Positions 1 through 10,745 of a DNA stretch of 64,000 nt are shown here, in pieces (positions within the stretch are counted from its first letter, which is position 1; every line of letters begins with the position of its first letter). This DNA comes from Mayamaea pseudoterrestris (taxonomy: Eukaryota). The stretch covers positions 124,001 to 188,000 of the forward strand of contig BROI01000022.1 of the NCBI GenBank assembly GCA_027923505.1. Reading direction: 5' to 3'. Under the pieces are notes generated by a model that saw nothing but the letters and a program-made list of their open reading frames with translations, searched no databases and was not told the origin of the DNA. The position numbers were made by a program, and so were the translations under genes.

Positions 1-1
1 C

Positions 2-850
2 GATAAGGACTTTGCGCAGACGCTGGCTAACTACGCGGATGCCTTTGTCAATGACGCGTTTGGCACTTGCCATCGCGCGCATGCCAGTGTGTCGGGCGTG
101 CCAGCCTTGCTTGACCCAAAGCTTTGCGGCATTGGATGCTTGGTGGCGAGCGAATTGGCCTACTTGGATTTTTCCAATGTTTCCGACTCGGACAAGATTG
201 CCGCCATTATTGGAGGCTCCAAGGTTAGCACTAAACTGCCAGTCATTCAAGGCATTTTGAAGAGCGCCAATGTTTTGATTCTTCAAGGAGGACTGGCCTT
301 TACCTTTTTAAAGGCGCAGGGTATCTCCGTCGGAAGCTCGCTCTTGGAAGATTCCATGATTGATACCGCCAAGGACTTGTTGGAGGAGGCCAAGACAAGC
401 GGAAAGGAAATGGTGTTGCCAGTTGACGCCGTATGTTCCCAGTCTTTTCCCAGTGGTCCCATGGACAAGGCCGACACGCAAACGTTTGACTTGACACCCG
501 AGGCTGGCATTCCAGAAGGATGGATGGGACTAGACATTGGTCCGAAATCGGTCGAACTCTTTGCCGAAAAGCTGCAGGGAACGACCAAGATTGTTTTCAA
601 CGGACCGGCTGGTGTGTTCGAAGTGACACCCTTTGATGAAGGCACGCGTGAATTGGTCAAGACTATTGCTAAGCTAACCAAGGAGGGAACGGTTTCGGTT
701 GTTGGCGGTGGTGACAGTGTGGCCGCTTTGGAGCAGTTTGGTCAAACGGACTCTGTGAGCTATGTGTCGACTGGAGGTGGAGCGACGCTGGAACTCTTGG
801 CGGGCGATACATTGCCTGGCGTCGCTGCCATTGCCGATTACGAAGAATAA
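2..850 (+). CDS. PGK: Phosphoglycerate kinase, 5'-truncated by the window edge
   Basis: The frame is open from base 2 (DKDFAQTLANYADAFVNDAFGTCHRAHAS). It carries the PGK motifs IIGGSKVSTK, GLDIGPKS, FNGPAGVFE, GGGDS and VSTGGGATLELL. Confidence 0.96.
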   Translation, partial: DKDFAQTLANYADAFVNDAFGTCHRAHASVSGVPALLDPKLCGIGCLVASELAYLDFSNVSDSDKIAAIIGGSKVSTKLPVIQGILKSANVLILQGGLAFTFLKAQGISVGSSLLEDSMIDTAKDLLEEAKTSGKEMVLPVDAVCSQSFPSGPMDKADTQTFDLTPEAGIPEGWMGLDIGPKSVELFAEKLQGTTKIVFNGPAGVFEVTPFDEGTRELVKTIAKLTKEGTVSVVGGGDSVAALEQFGQTDSVSYVSTGGGATLELLAGDTLPGVAAIADYEE

Positions 851-983
851 AAGAAGCTTGATCGATGTCGACTCCTTGAACACCTGCGCCGAACGGCGAA
901 ACTTTCGTTCATGTTGTTAATCTACGTAATTCACGATTTAAGTACCTTTACAAGGACACGTTTAGAGCATGGTTTAACTTTAT

Positions 984-2108
984 TTATAGCAGTCGCAGTG
1001 TTTCGCTTGGTAGTTCCAGCCCCTCCTTCTTCAGCAACGCGTACGCCACCTTTGGTTGCGCGATGGAATGGAGCAAACCCTTCAGCACTAGGCAGTCAAA
1101 CTCATGCTTCGAAAGATCACCCGGCCGCAGTGGTCCAGTAGTCGTTTGCGCCGATGCCGCACTCAAATGCGCCAGTGTAATGGCTGTGGCAACGCTCAAG
1201 TTGAATGATTCAGCAAAGCCCTGCATGGGAAGATAAAATGTCTCGTCGACGAGCTCACGCATTTCATCCGAAATGCCGCGCTCTTCATTTCCCATGACAA
1301 TGCAAATTTGTTGGTCAGCATGTGCTTTCCAGTCAATCGTCCTTATATCTCTGGCCTTTGGATTCACGTCGCTGGCATATAATCGAACATTGTTTCGCTT
1401 CAATGTTGCGACGGCTTCCTTGGCCGACGCGTAGTTGCTCAACGTGAGCCACTGCGCAGCGCCCATGGCGGTCCGCATCCCCCGCTTTTGTGAAAGAGCA
1501 GCCTTGCCTAGATAGCGACCCGATTCAATGACAACGTGAACGTGCTGGACGCCAAAGGATTCAATAGTTCGTAAACAAGCCCATACATTAGATGGGTTGC
1601 TTGGATTTTCAAATAAAAATGAAGTTTGTATGGTCCGTTGGCGGAGAACTCCTCTTATTCGCTCCAGTCGATCAGGCTTGACGTATGGTATTAGCAGTTC
1701 TGTCGCTTTTGGGACAGAGTCTGGCGATAGTTGTTCCCAAGCTGCAGCATGTTGATTGATTTGCTCGAGCGCAACTTGATCCTTGGCGGCTTCTTCCTGC
1801 ACGACGCGTTGCAACTCCTCCTCGTTGTTAGTGATAAAAGTCCGACTGCTTTCAAAGCGATCGTCCCACTTGGGACTTTCTCCGAATTCGAATCGCTCCC
1901 ATTCAAGTGTAGTTGATTGCTGTTGATTGGATTTTCGTTTCCGTGGCGAGGAACCAGCGTACAATCGACACGAAAAAGGCTTTACAAATGACCTTTTTGA
2001 AAGTAATTGCCTATGCAAATTTATTCTAGAGTAGCTTGCCGAGTGACGAACATATAGCAACATGACAAACCAGCGTGTCGCCTTGATGCATGGGCAAGAG
2101 GATCCCAT
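984..2108 (-). CDS. SpoU/TrmH-family (SPOUT) tRNA/rRNA 2'-O-methyltransferase with an N-terminal extension, possibly an organelle-targeting presequence
   Basis: SPOUT motifs ENPSNPSNVWACLRTIESFG, IVMGNEERGIS and LPMQGFAESFNLSVA. The start is uncertain (ATG at 2153 or 2108). Confidence 0.88.
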   Translation of the reverse strand: MGSSCPCIKATRWFVMLLYVRHSASYSRINLHRQLLSKRSFVKPFSCRLYAGSSPRKRKSNQQQSTTLEWERFEFGESPKWDDRFESSRTFITNNEEELQRVVQEEAAKDQVALEQINQHAAAWEQLSPDSVPKATELLIPYVKPDRLERIRGVLRQRTIQTSFLFENPSNPSNVWACLRTIESFGVQHVHVVIESGRYLGKAALSQKRGMRTAMGAAQWLTLSNYASAKEAVATLKRNNVRLYASDVNPKARDIRTIDWKAHADQQICIVMGNEERGISDEMRELVDETFYLPMQGFAESFNLSVATAITLAHLSAASAQTTTGPLRPGDLSKHEFDCLVLKGLLHSIAQPKVAYALLKKEGLELPSETLRLL

Positions 2109-2223
2109 GGTTGTGCGACGGAATTTGTGATGCTGCGATGACACGTCATGCATATCGCATCGGTATTCATTAGGACACGAGCGGCGCTTCCGCAATCAAA
2201 ACCTTGACTTGCAGACTAGGACC

Positions 2224-5200
2224 ATGGCGGACGAAGCAGTGGCAAACAATATATTGCGACAAAATGGCCAGGAGGGAGTCATTACAGAGGACGAAGAGAA
2301 TCATGAAGAGACAATTGAAGAAAATTTGAGCGAAAGTAAAGCAGAAGCGGAGGAAAATGCTGCGAATGAGGATGACGAATCCAGGCGTTCGCCACGCAAT
2401 GATGTACAACTTGCGGAAGCAGCTCCAGAGTATGCAGACAATTCACATTCAGCGATACACAATTCGCCGCCTCCAGTACAAAATTTGCAAATGCCTCATG
2501 TTCCGATTGCTCCAATGCATTACTCGCACCAGCAGCCGTTCGCCCCTCACCCTCCTCCACACGCATCGTCCTTTCTTCCGATTCCTCCTCCACAATTGCT
2601 ACCAGACCCAGCCTTTGCCATGCATAGTTTCTACGAGGCGCGCATGCGGGATCATGCTGCTGCTTACGCCAATGCCGCGGCTGGAGCAGCTTGGGCTGCT
2701 GCGCAAATTGCACAAGCTGCGGCCGACTATGCGAATGGTTACGGCTGTTTACCACCGAATAGTTTCGCTCCCATGCCGCCGCAATTACCAGGGATTTGGA
2801 ATCTGAATCAGGCCGCAACTCTACCTGGAATGTATGGGCCTCCGCCTCTTCATCCTGTGCAAGGACTGAGTGGCGTAGACGATTTTAATCCTTACAGTTA
2901 CACGCAGGAATCGATGATGCAGTCTCCAATTCCATCGGACCACTTCGCGGATTACCAGCACCAGTCATATCACGATGACACGCACGGCCGCAAGCGTCAG
3001 GAACGTCCTCCTTCCGACAATGACTCCAGCAGCGTTCCACGAGTGGTTCATCACCCAGCAGATCGCAGCAGTAGCGTCAACCATGAGTCTAGCAGCAAGG
3101 TGCGACGTCGTCGCTTGTCACTGACATGTGACTCTCCAGTCTCTAGCTCATCCGAGGCTAATTATTCGAGCAAAACTTACCAATCCTCTTCCTCCAAGCG
3201 ATTTCAACATTATCGCGGAGGTAACCGACGGCAGCAGCAGCAGCATGGAACTTCACATGGAAATTCACAGCAGCGGAATAGCGATCAAAAGCTGCAGCAT
3301 CGTTCGAGGGGGCTGTCGTCGTTGATGGGCAAGACGGCAGTTGCAGCATTGTATGAATGGTGCAGCAAGCGACACTTTCAACCACCCAAGTTCGTACAGC
3401 AGCAGACTGAACAAGCACTTGCAAATACTGCTGGAGAAGCCAAGGTGCCGTTGCCCCCATTAGTATCTCGTCCGCGCGAGTATGTCTGTCTCGTATTTGT
3501 GGACGGAGTCGAACGTGGACGCGGTTGCGGGCAAAGCAAGGTGACCGCGCGACAGGATGCAGCGAAAGAGGCGTTCCTTGCGTTGGAGCCAGGAATAGTC
3601 TTTGACGAGTCGACAAATCTGTTGATTGGTCTACCAACCAAACAGCGAGCGCCAACCCAACAATCTCCATATCTGCGCAATCGATCTGCATCGATGGATG
3701 ATGAGCTTCCCAACCTGGCCAAGCGTCTAGCCATTGGACGAGACAATGAATATACGGCGGACGGAAGTGTCGGCGACTCCAAAAAGAAGCGATTGAAATC
3801 GTCTCAACCAATGCAGCATGCAAAGCGTACGCTCGGAATATTTCCAGCGTCCTCTACGACCGCTTCGGAAGAAGACTGTGCTAGTGTGTATTGCAAGGCG
3901 AAAGGGGGAGCAAATGTTTATTCCGTTTTACTGCACGCCATGCTGCAAATTGCAAAAATTCCGTTTCCGGAATATGTCTACGAAAGGGCACCCCTTGACA
4001 ATGCTGGCGATAAGATTGCCGAGCAAGAAGAGGCAATGTCTCCTGCATTTCGACCGATGCGTGGTCCGTTCCTTTGTCGAGCGACGTTAGTAATACCGCC
4101 GCGCTTTAAGGAAGCTCAGAGTGACGATGCCCTGCCAGTGTTAGACGAGCCCTGGGCGGGACATTTTGGCGGAAAGAGTATCCAAACATTAGAAGCGTGT
4201 GCTTGTGGCGAAAGTAAACGCGAAGCGCGGCATCTTGCGTCGGCGGACGTTCTCGCCTTGCTATTTCCGGAATGTGAGACGATGACCGAGGTAAAAGCTG
4301 CCGCTGAATCATTTCGCGAGCGACACGCAGAAGCAAAGGCTAGCAAGCCCAAAAAGCCAAATAAACAGACTCAATGGCATAGTCGGATACGTGAACGAGA
4401 GAGAAGCAAGTCTGTCATGTTGGCTCGCGTCTTCCCTGGCCCAAACGAACTTTTGTTGCCATTGGCTCTACAGCAGGAGCTGGCGTCGCTCATTGATAAC
4501 AAATATACGCTCGATGAAGATTCTGACGAGAAAGGTGAGAATGAATATGACGATACGACGCGTGGCGAACTAGACCAGCCTGAGAGTGACCCTCGCAAGA
4601 CATCGGCGTCAGTTGCAATTCAAAGGATGAATCGACAAAAGCAGATTGATGCGATGACAGAGCAGGCTTTGCAGATGCTAAATGAACTCGATGATGAGGG
4701 ACGGACCATTTCTGAATTAACTGAGGATGACGTGGGACGCACGGTTCTAAGACGAGCGCTTCCGGGAGATTTCTCTCGAATGATTAAGCTTCTTGAGTTG
4801 GAAGGCGATGATTCATTGCCACTTTGTGAATCGCACGACGCATCGACAATATCTAATAATGATACTGAACAATTACGAGAAGTTTTGCCTATGCCATCTG
4901 TCGTTCTACTCTTGTGTCGGGCCATTGCTCCTCACGAAGATCCACCACTGGGATGTGCGGTACTAACTCTGGGATTTTCTATGCAAAACGGCCGAATACT
5001 CAACATTGCCCGCATTGCCAGTGAACCTCACCTACCAAAGGAGCGTTTTATAGAATGCCTTTTTGATTTTGCAAACGCGATGAAATGTCACTTGGAGGTT
5101 CAAGTTGCAGGCGCGGAAGCAATGTTTACAGCCCAGGATGCGACACGGATTGTTGAAGCTTACGTTGCGATGGGTTCACAGTCAGTTAGTGAGCGCAACC

Positions 5201-5355
5201 AGCGCCCGCTTGTTGCTGGCTTCAACAAAAAGGCTAGTATAGCATTGCCACTACAGTCCGTTCAAGAGGAGAGCGAGCAGTCAGATTCGTCAGCTGAAAA
5301 GCGGTCGAAAAAGCAAGCAACCAAGCAGCCAAGCAAACGCTCTCGTTTTCAGTGA
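2224..5355 (+). CDS. Double-stranded RNA-binding domain protein (two dsRBD-like domains, low-complexity N-terminus, GNAT-like C-terminal segment)
   Basis: dsRBD1 is KTAVAALYEWCSKRHFQPPKF...VFVDGVERGRGCGQSKVTARQDAAKEAFLAL. dsRBD2 is YSVLLHAMLQIAKIPFPEY...ACGESKREARHLASADVL. There is a basic NLS-like C-terminus. First ATG at 2224. Confidence 0.75.
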   Translation: MADEAVANNILRQNGQEGVITEDEENHEETIEENLSESKAEAEENAANEDDESRRSPRNDVQLAEAAPEYADNSHSAIHNSPPPVQNLQMPHVPIAPMHYSHQQPFAPHPPPHASSFLPIPPPQLLPDPAFAMHSFYEARMRDHAAAYANAAAGAAWAAAQIAQAAADYANGYGCLPPNSFAPMPPQLPGIWNLNQAATLPGMYGPPPLHPVQGLSGVDDFNPYSYTQESMMQSPIPSDHFADYQHQSYHDDTHGRKRQERPPSDNDSSSVPRVVHHPADRSSSVNHESSSKVRRRRLSLTCDSPVSSSSEANYSSKTYQSSSSKRFQHYRGGNRRQQQQHGTSHGNSQQRNSDQKLQHRSRGLSSLMGKTAVAALYEWCSKRHFQPPKFVQQQTEQALANTAGEAKVPLPPLVSRPREYVCLVFVDGVERGRGCGQSKVTARQDAAKEAFLALEPGIVFDESTNLLIGLPTKQRAPTQQSPYLRNRSASMDDELPNLAKRLAIGRDNEYTADGSVGDSKKKRLKSSQPMQHAKRTLGIFPASSTTASEEDCASVYCKAKGGANVYSVLLHAMLQIAKIPFPEYVYERAPLDNAGDKIAEQEEAMSPAFRPMRGPFLCRATLVIPPRFKEAQSDDALPVLDEPWAGHFGGKSIQTLEACACGESKREARHLASADVLALLFPECETMTEVKAAAESFRERHAEAKASKPKKPNKQTQWHSRIRERERSKSVMLARVFPGPNELLLPLALQQELASLIDNKYTLDEDSDEKGENEYDDTTRGELDQPESDPRKTSASVAIQRMNRQKQIDAMTEQALQMLNELDDEGRTISELTEDDVGRTVLRRALPGDFSRMIKLLELEGDDSLPLCESHDASTISNNDTEQLREVLPMPSVVLLLCRAIAPHEDPPLGCAVLTLGFSMQNGRILNIARIASEPHLPKERFIECLFDFANAMKCHLEVQVAGAEAMFTAQDATRIVEAYVAMGSQSVSERNQRPLVAGFNKKASIALPLQSVQEESEQSDSSAEKRSKKQATKQPSKRSRFQ

Positions 5356-5809
5356 ATAGAATTGTACGGTAAGCTATTGCTGTATTGTTTTTATTAATGA
5401 ATTTATGGGTTGGTGCAACACGCTAGGAACTGCAGTCAAACGCGTCGTTTCCGGCAGGTTGCTGGTTACGTCGGAGCAATATTCGCCGAGATTTAGATCA
5501 TCCACCGATTGACTTACCGTTTTAGCTTTGGCTAGCTTTCCATATCATATTCAAATCTTTTAAATGTCATTATCTCATTCATGATAGACTTGTTGCGCAG
5601 GGACGACGAGTTAGCGCATTGGGTAGTGTATGAAAAACCTCTCCGACATCATGACGTTTCCGTGTCGTCAGTCTTTTCTAACATTTCGAATCGGCGACGG
5701 TGGGATTTTTACAGGATTCAGAACTCTTGTTAATGAACTTGGCCATCATTACTCATCCATACTTCGTCTCACAACTCACTTTGCTTCGAGGTCCAAAAGT
5801 AATATCAAC

Positions 5810-6424
5810 ATGAAGAGCTTTATCCTATTTTGCGTCTGCCTTGCCCTCTCGTCAACCAACGTTTTGGCGGTGACCTCGCAAGCCAATGACAAGGATTCCC
5901 TGCAGCAAACAGCTACACTCTCCAAGCTTCGACGCGACCTGCATAACCGCAAGCTGATAACAAAGCGCCAAGACCGCAAGGGACCATTGTTTGGTGGCTC
6001 CGTTTCAACTCCACTTTCGCCATTGCCAGTAACACTGCCCAAGTCATCCTCCAAAACCAAGGGATCCAAGGGAACCAAGGGACCAAAAGCTAGCAAGGCA
6101 CCAAAGGTAAGCAAGGGAAGCAAGAAAGCTAAAGGTACAAAGGGTCCAAAGGCATCAAAGGCACCAGGTTCTAAGACTACAAAGGGATCAAAGTCTGAGC
6201 TTCCATTAATTGTGACGCGACGCAACTTGCAGAGCTCCAAGGGACTCTTACCTTCTCTTAAGGTCAAAGGAACCAAGGGTCCCAAGGCAAGCAAGGCGCC
6301 AAAGGGAAGCAAAAAAGCAAAAGGCACCAAGGCGCCAAAGAGCGAGACAGTCGGCACCAGTGGCAGCATTGGGGTCCAGCGGCGGGCATTGACTGCATCG
6401 ACGCTTCGAGCTGTTCGCGCATAG
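5810..6424 (+). CDS. Secreted Lys-rich silaffin-like precursor (KXXK repeats, RXL processing sites)
   Basis: Signal-peptide-like MKSFILFCVCLALSSTNVLA. Two blocks of K-x-x-K repeats (KTKGSKGTKGPKASKAPK...). RXL motifs RRDL, RKL, RRNL and RRAL. Confidence 0.75.
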   Translation: MKSFILFCVCLALSSTNVLAVTSQANDKDSLQQTATLSKLRRDLHNRKLITKRQDRKGPLFGGSVSTPLSPLPVTLPKSSSKTKGSKGTKGPKASKAPKVSKGSKKAKGTKGPKASKAPGSKTTKGSKSELPLIVTRRNLQSSKGLLPSLKVKGTKGPKASKAPKGSKKAKGTKAPKSETVGTSGSIGVQRRALTASTLRAVRA

Positions 6425-6835
6425 ACTGGCAAAAAGTGTGGCCTTGTTTGTGTGGCTTGGTTTTGACCTTCAAGCCTATTTGTCGTGTATCATGCCCCTG
6501 TATCGAGTACTTTACTCGTGTATCAATATTATAAAATAGAACAGACGTCGTATGAAATCCAGATACTTTTAATAGCATTCTTTCACGGTTGACGCAGCCA
6601 CTCAAATGCAGGTCAATCATAGACATACTGTGTGATTGTTGCGAAGCGTAAAAAGGTAGTAGCTCTTCAATTTGTGGCAAAATAAGAGTACAAGTATCGC
6701 GTGAAGCAGTAATCATGTCGTCCATCTGACAAGCATGCAGCAAACGTAGTATTAAAACAATTACCGTACTACTTATAACATGAAACCCGCTCGCCATGGT
6801 TCTTTTAATCTAACCAATAATGTATGCTGCTGTTG

Positions 6836-7302
6836 TCAACGAGCTTCCAGCTCGTCTACTCCATCATTCGTTTTCTCCCAGCAACTGAGCATTGTCATTC
6901 TGCCTTCATCTAAACCCTTTTGCTCGTACTTGCTCACCACTGGCAACCAGAAGCGTCGATCTGGACAAGGTGTGACGAGCCGGAAGCAAGGTTCGACGTC
7001 GTTTACTCGACGAACAATGTCGTGCGCCCATTCATTGAACACAACATGATCCGTCGCTAGATACAAGCGCCCTCCTTGCCGCAATCGCTCGTGCATGGCT
7101 TGAACTGTATGTATTTGAAAGACTCTCAAGTTCGCTTCGTTCTCCTTGGCAAAGGGATCTGGAAAGGTGATTAATATGGCATCCAATGTCTGCAATGGTA
7201 TGCGATCGAGCAAGCCAATGCCGTCGCCGACAAAGACGCGAATGTTTGAAAATGGCAATGAGTCGTTGCTGCTGCTGTCTTGGGACGAGACGTTTGAGAG
7301 TT

Positions 7303-7382
<80 letters not shown>

Positions 7383-7951
7383 GCTACATCATCCTTCAAA
7401 GAAAAGGCATTTCCAGACTCATCCAATTGAAACAGCGAATAGTCTTGGTATAAAGTTCCTTCAAGCCCTTGTCGTATGTGCTGCAGCAGCGCGCCAGCGC
7501 CAGCCTTGTGCACCTCTGCTCCAACGAGGCAGCGCTCTGGATAGAGTCGCGAGAGAGCTAGTAGATTGTCTCCATTGCCGCAGCCAATCTCGTACCAAAT
7601 TGTTTGTGGTTGCTGCTGACGTTGAGAAAAGACGGTCGTCCAATCGAGTATCGTTCCATACACCGGCTTGGATATTCTTAAATGCTCCAATTCACGCAGG
7701 GCTCGTTTTTGCGCTTTGGTTGGATTGCCCGACAGTCGAAGCCACCACGTCGGTTTGCGACTACTATACCGCGATGTCTGGTCAAGACAACTTGAGGATG
7801 ATTTCTGCCCTTCACAGTCAGTGCAATCTTCCTCGTCATGTTCATCGAAGCCACCATCATGGTCATCATTCTCATCCAAGACTTGACCGACAAGATACCA
7901 GTCATGATTAGCTGTTGCAGAATCTTGTTGCCCTGCCATGACATTAGCCAT
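6836..7951 (-). CDS. tRNA (guanine-N7)-methyltransferase, TrmB-like, with a poly-Ala insertion
   Basis: Motifs YEIGCGNG, VGAEVH, GDG, ITFPDPF, LATDH and SKYEQKG match the TrmB/Methyltransf_4 pattern. Confidence 0.85.
7306..7380. repeat. (CAG)25 microsatellite, read as GCT/poly-Ala in the TrmB-like CDS
   Basis: A perfect CAG run is directly visible. Confidence 0.97.
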
Positions 7952-8475
7952 TCATCAAGACTTGCTTTTCGTCTTCGTCTTGTTGCCTGTCATGCAGCTC
8001 CAAGACCACGACCATGGCGAATGTCATGATGCGTGATGCGTACTCAACTGCAATCGTGAAAAGACAAGTCATTTCGGAATTCCATGGGCCTTCTAATTAA
8101 CCGCGAGGGCAATAACGAAGAAACGTTCATGCGCGCCTGTCCATACACAAGACTTACATTCGGATGAGTGACTACACTTGAATACCACAACATTCAGTCA
8201 CGATGTCGCCAGCCAAGCTCACGCACGCGCCTTCAACGCCATGCGGCGATGGGGAAGGTGAAGGATGACTTTCACGATCGTGCAAGCTGCTGGGGCTGTT
8301 GATTCATGTTCACACGCATAATCCTGGACGAATTCGGCAAGCGTACAAAGCCGGATTGCTTCACGCATCATCACTCTCTCGTAACTGTAAACGACTCGGA
8401 CACTATAGATTTTGCGGACAAGAAGTGAAACAAGACTTGATGCTGCATAAATTAAGCGAGTGAATTTATAAAAAC

Positions 8476-10745
8476 ATGAAGGAGGCAGAAGCAACAAAGT
8501 CGACTTCTCGTTGCTCGCCATCACGCTGCTACCAAGACACGAACGTTCTGCAGTCACTCCTCAACGAACTGAGTTTTTGCGAGCCAGCAGCAGCAGCAGC
8601 AACTAGCGAAGATCAAGACGAGATGAATACTCATACACTTGGCCGCAGCAAGTCGGGACTGTTCTCTAGCAATAGCAGCAATAGCAGCAATCACAGCGAG
8701 GAGGAAATTGACGAGCGAAGAAGCGCGAACGGCTCGGATGACGAGTCGTCGTCGACGGATAGTTCGCTTTGCCTTTCGCAAACCGTATGGAAGTCAGCGA
8801 CTGATCCAGTATCCGGAAGAATATATTACTACGATTCTATATCAAGGATTACTCAATGGGAAAAGGTGAGTCAAATAAACACATTCGCGGAGCGGGGAGG
8901 TGGTAGGATCAACGCTATAAACACATTCGCGGAGCGGGGAGGTGGTAGGATCAACGCTTTTTAATAGAGCAGTGGCATTCGCGCGCTTCGCCTATTTTCA
9001 AATAACACTGGATTCTTGCTAACAACTGCAATCCATGTCGCAACGGCAGAGCCTCAATTAATGTCGTGAAGCATGTTCGGATAGATCCTACCACAATAAT
9101 AGATCCTACCACAATAATTACTGTCTTGCTGATTTGCGATTTACACGATTCCTGATGGAGCGAATTTCTCATCCTTGCTCTCTTTACCATCCTACTTTCT
9201 GCACAGCCCGATGAGATTCGCAGAATTGAACGCCATCAACGCAAGCAGCAAAAGAAGGAGCTCCAAAAATTCTTTCGCGAAATGGAACATAACATCAGAG
9301 AGTCGCTTGATCGGGGGGAATTTATTCCAGGCGTTGCTTCGGACGAGTCGCTCTCCGGTGGAACTCCGCAGGAGCCACTACTACAATCGGTAGACACTTC
9401 GCCTCTTCCTCCTCACGATGCATTGCGCATTCGAACCATTTCATGCATGAACGAAAAACTATTGGCGCAAGTACAAACGGCTGACAATATACTTCCAAAG
9501 GTACAAACTGACAGTGAGCAGCAACCTACGCAAGGGCCAGCTAGTAACAATAAGACGGCACTTGTGGAAGGCCGTCCGCCTCTGGCGCAACGACGCCCCT
9601 CACAAGCCACGGCGGAAGAATCAGTCGCAGCAGCAGCAGCAACTACTACTCTTGCTGATTCTGCCACCGGTATTGAAGACTTGAGCATTCCATCATCACC
9701 GACGGATGCTAGTGATGCGCTGCGTGGAGAATCGCTGCTGCTCGAAGATTCCTCCTCGTCGCTGGAAGGATCATTCTCCAATACGCAACTTGCTCCGCTG
9801 GCTCATGTTCGTCGCAACACTGGCGGAACCATTTACGTGCAAACAACCATGGACAATCCCGATGTGCAAGCGACTATCAAGGCCATTTGCGGCGTTTACC
9901 GAGCTCACATTCTTCAGTCGGCGGCACGCAAGAGTCAGCGATCGCCCGTGTCGGTGGCAAGCGTTGGATTGGATGTATTTTGCGATGACTATGAACCGCA
10001 TCACAGTCAACATCACGGCAAGCACGCCAATACTCATCATCAATATCATCGCGTCAATCCTGGCAGTTATTTGAATGGACCAGTCACGATGAGCAAGACG
10101 GACAAGGCTACAATTAGCAAAGACCCTCAAGTTCCTTTGCTGGAGGAAATTGAACTATTCTATCAAGACTTTTACCGACGCAGCCAAATGGAACATGATA
10201 CAATCATCATGTCGCTCATTTACGTGGAGCGCCTCATCAAGTCAACAAATGGAGTATTGACGCCAGGTGTGCACAATTGGCGGTCTATCTTGTTTAGTTG
10301 CATGGTTCTGTCGAGCAAGGTTTGGGACGACTTGAGCATGTACAATATTGACTTTTCGCAAGTCTCGCGACTGTCGGGTACTGGTCTATCATCCTTTAGC
10401 TTGCAGCGAACGAATGCATTGGAACTGGCCGTCTTGACGAGTCTCAATTTCGACGTTCGTGTTTCGGCTGGCGAGTACGCCAAGTACTACTTTTTGATTC
10501 GAACCATGCTTACCCGGAGCGGCATGCTGGTTGGCCCACTTTCTCCCCTTACCAAGTCGCATAGTCGCAATTTGGAGAGCAAGACACTGCAGTATCAAGA
10601 CTTGATTCTCGGTAGCGGTCAACGCGAGCGCCGCACTCGGTCCGTCGACTGGGGGTCGCTGTCGACTGTTGATGATCCAGCCGCCGAAATACCCGTCCTG
10701 AAGGACACTCTTTGCTTGGAGCAGCTTGTCTCCATGTATCGCTAG
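8476..10745 (+). CDS. WW-domain plus cyclin Y/P-like protein; exons 8476-8865 and 9207-10745
   Basis: The WW domain WKSATDPVSGRIYYYDSISRITQWEK|P is completed by splicing a GTGAG...CAG intron (8866-9206) in frame. The cyclin box IIMSLIYVERL...NWRSILFSCMVLSSKVWDDLSMYNIDF...LNFDVRVSAGEYAKYYF is typical of the cyclin Y family. Confidence 0.85.
8875..9116. repeat. Intronic repeats: 2x42 bp tandem (8875-8958) and 2x18 bp tandem (9081-9116) sharing an inverted GTGGTAGGATC/GATCCTACCAC core
   Basis: Directly visible in the sequence. Confidence 0.85.

Noticed and set aside
7186..7911. Poly-Gln ORF on the + strand
   Set aside because: It is the antisense shadow of the TrmB-like gene and has no other protein-like features.
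984..7951. RNA-modification cluster (TrmH-like, dsRBD, TrmB-like)
   Set aside because: The folds are unrelated, orientations are mixed and a silaffin-like gene intervenes. Chance adjacency is sufficient.
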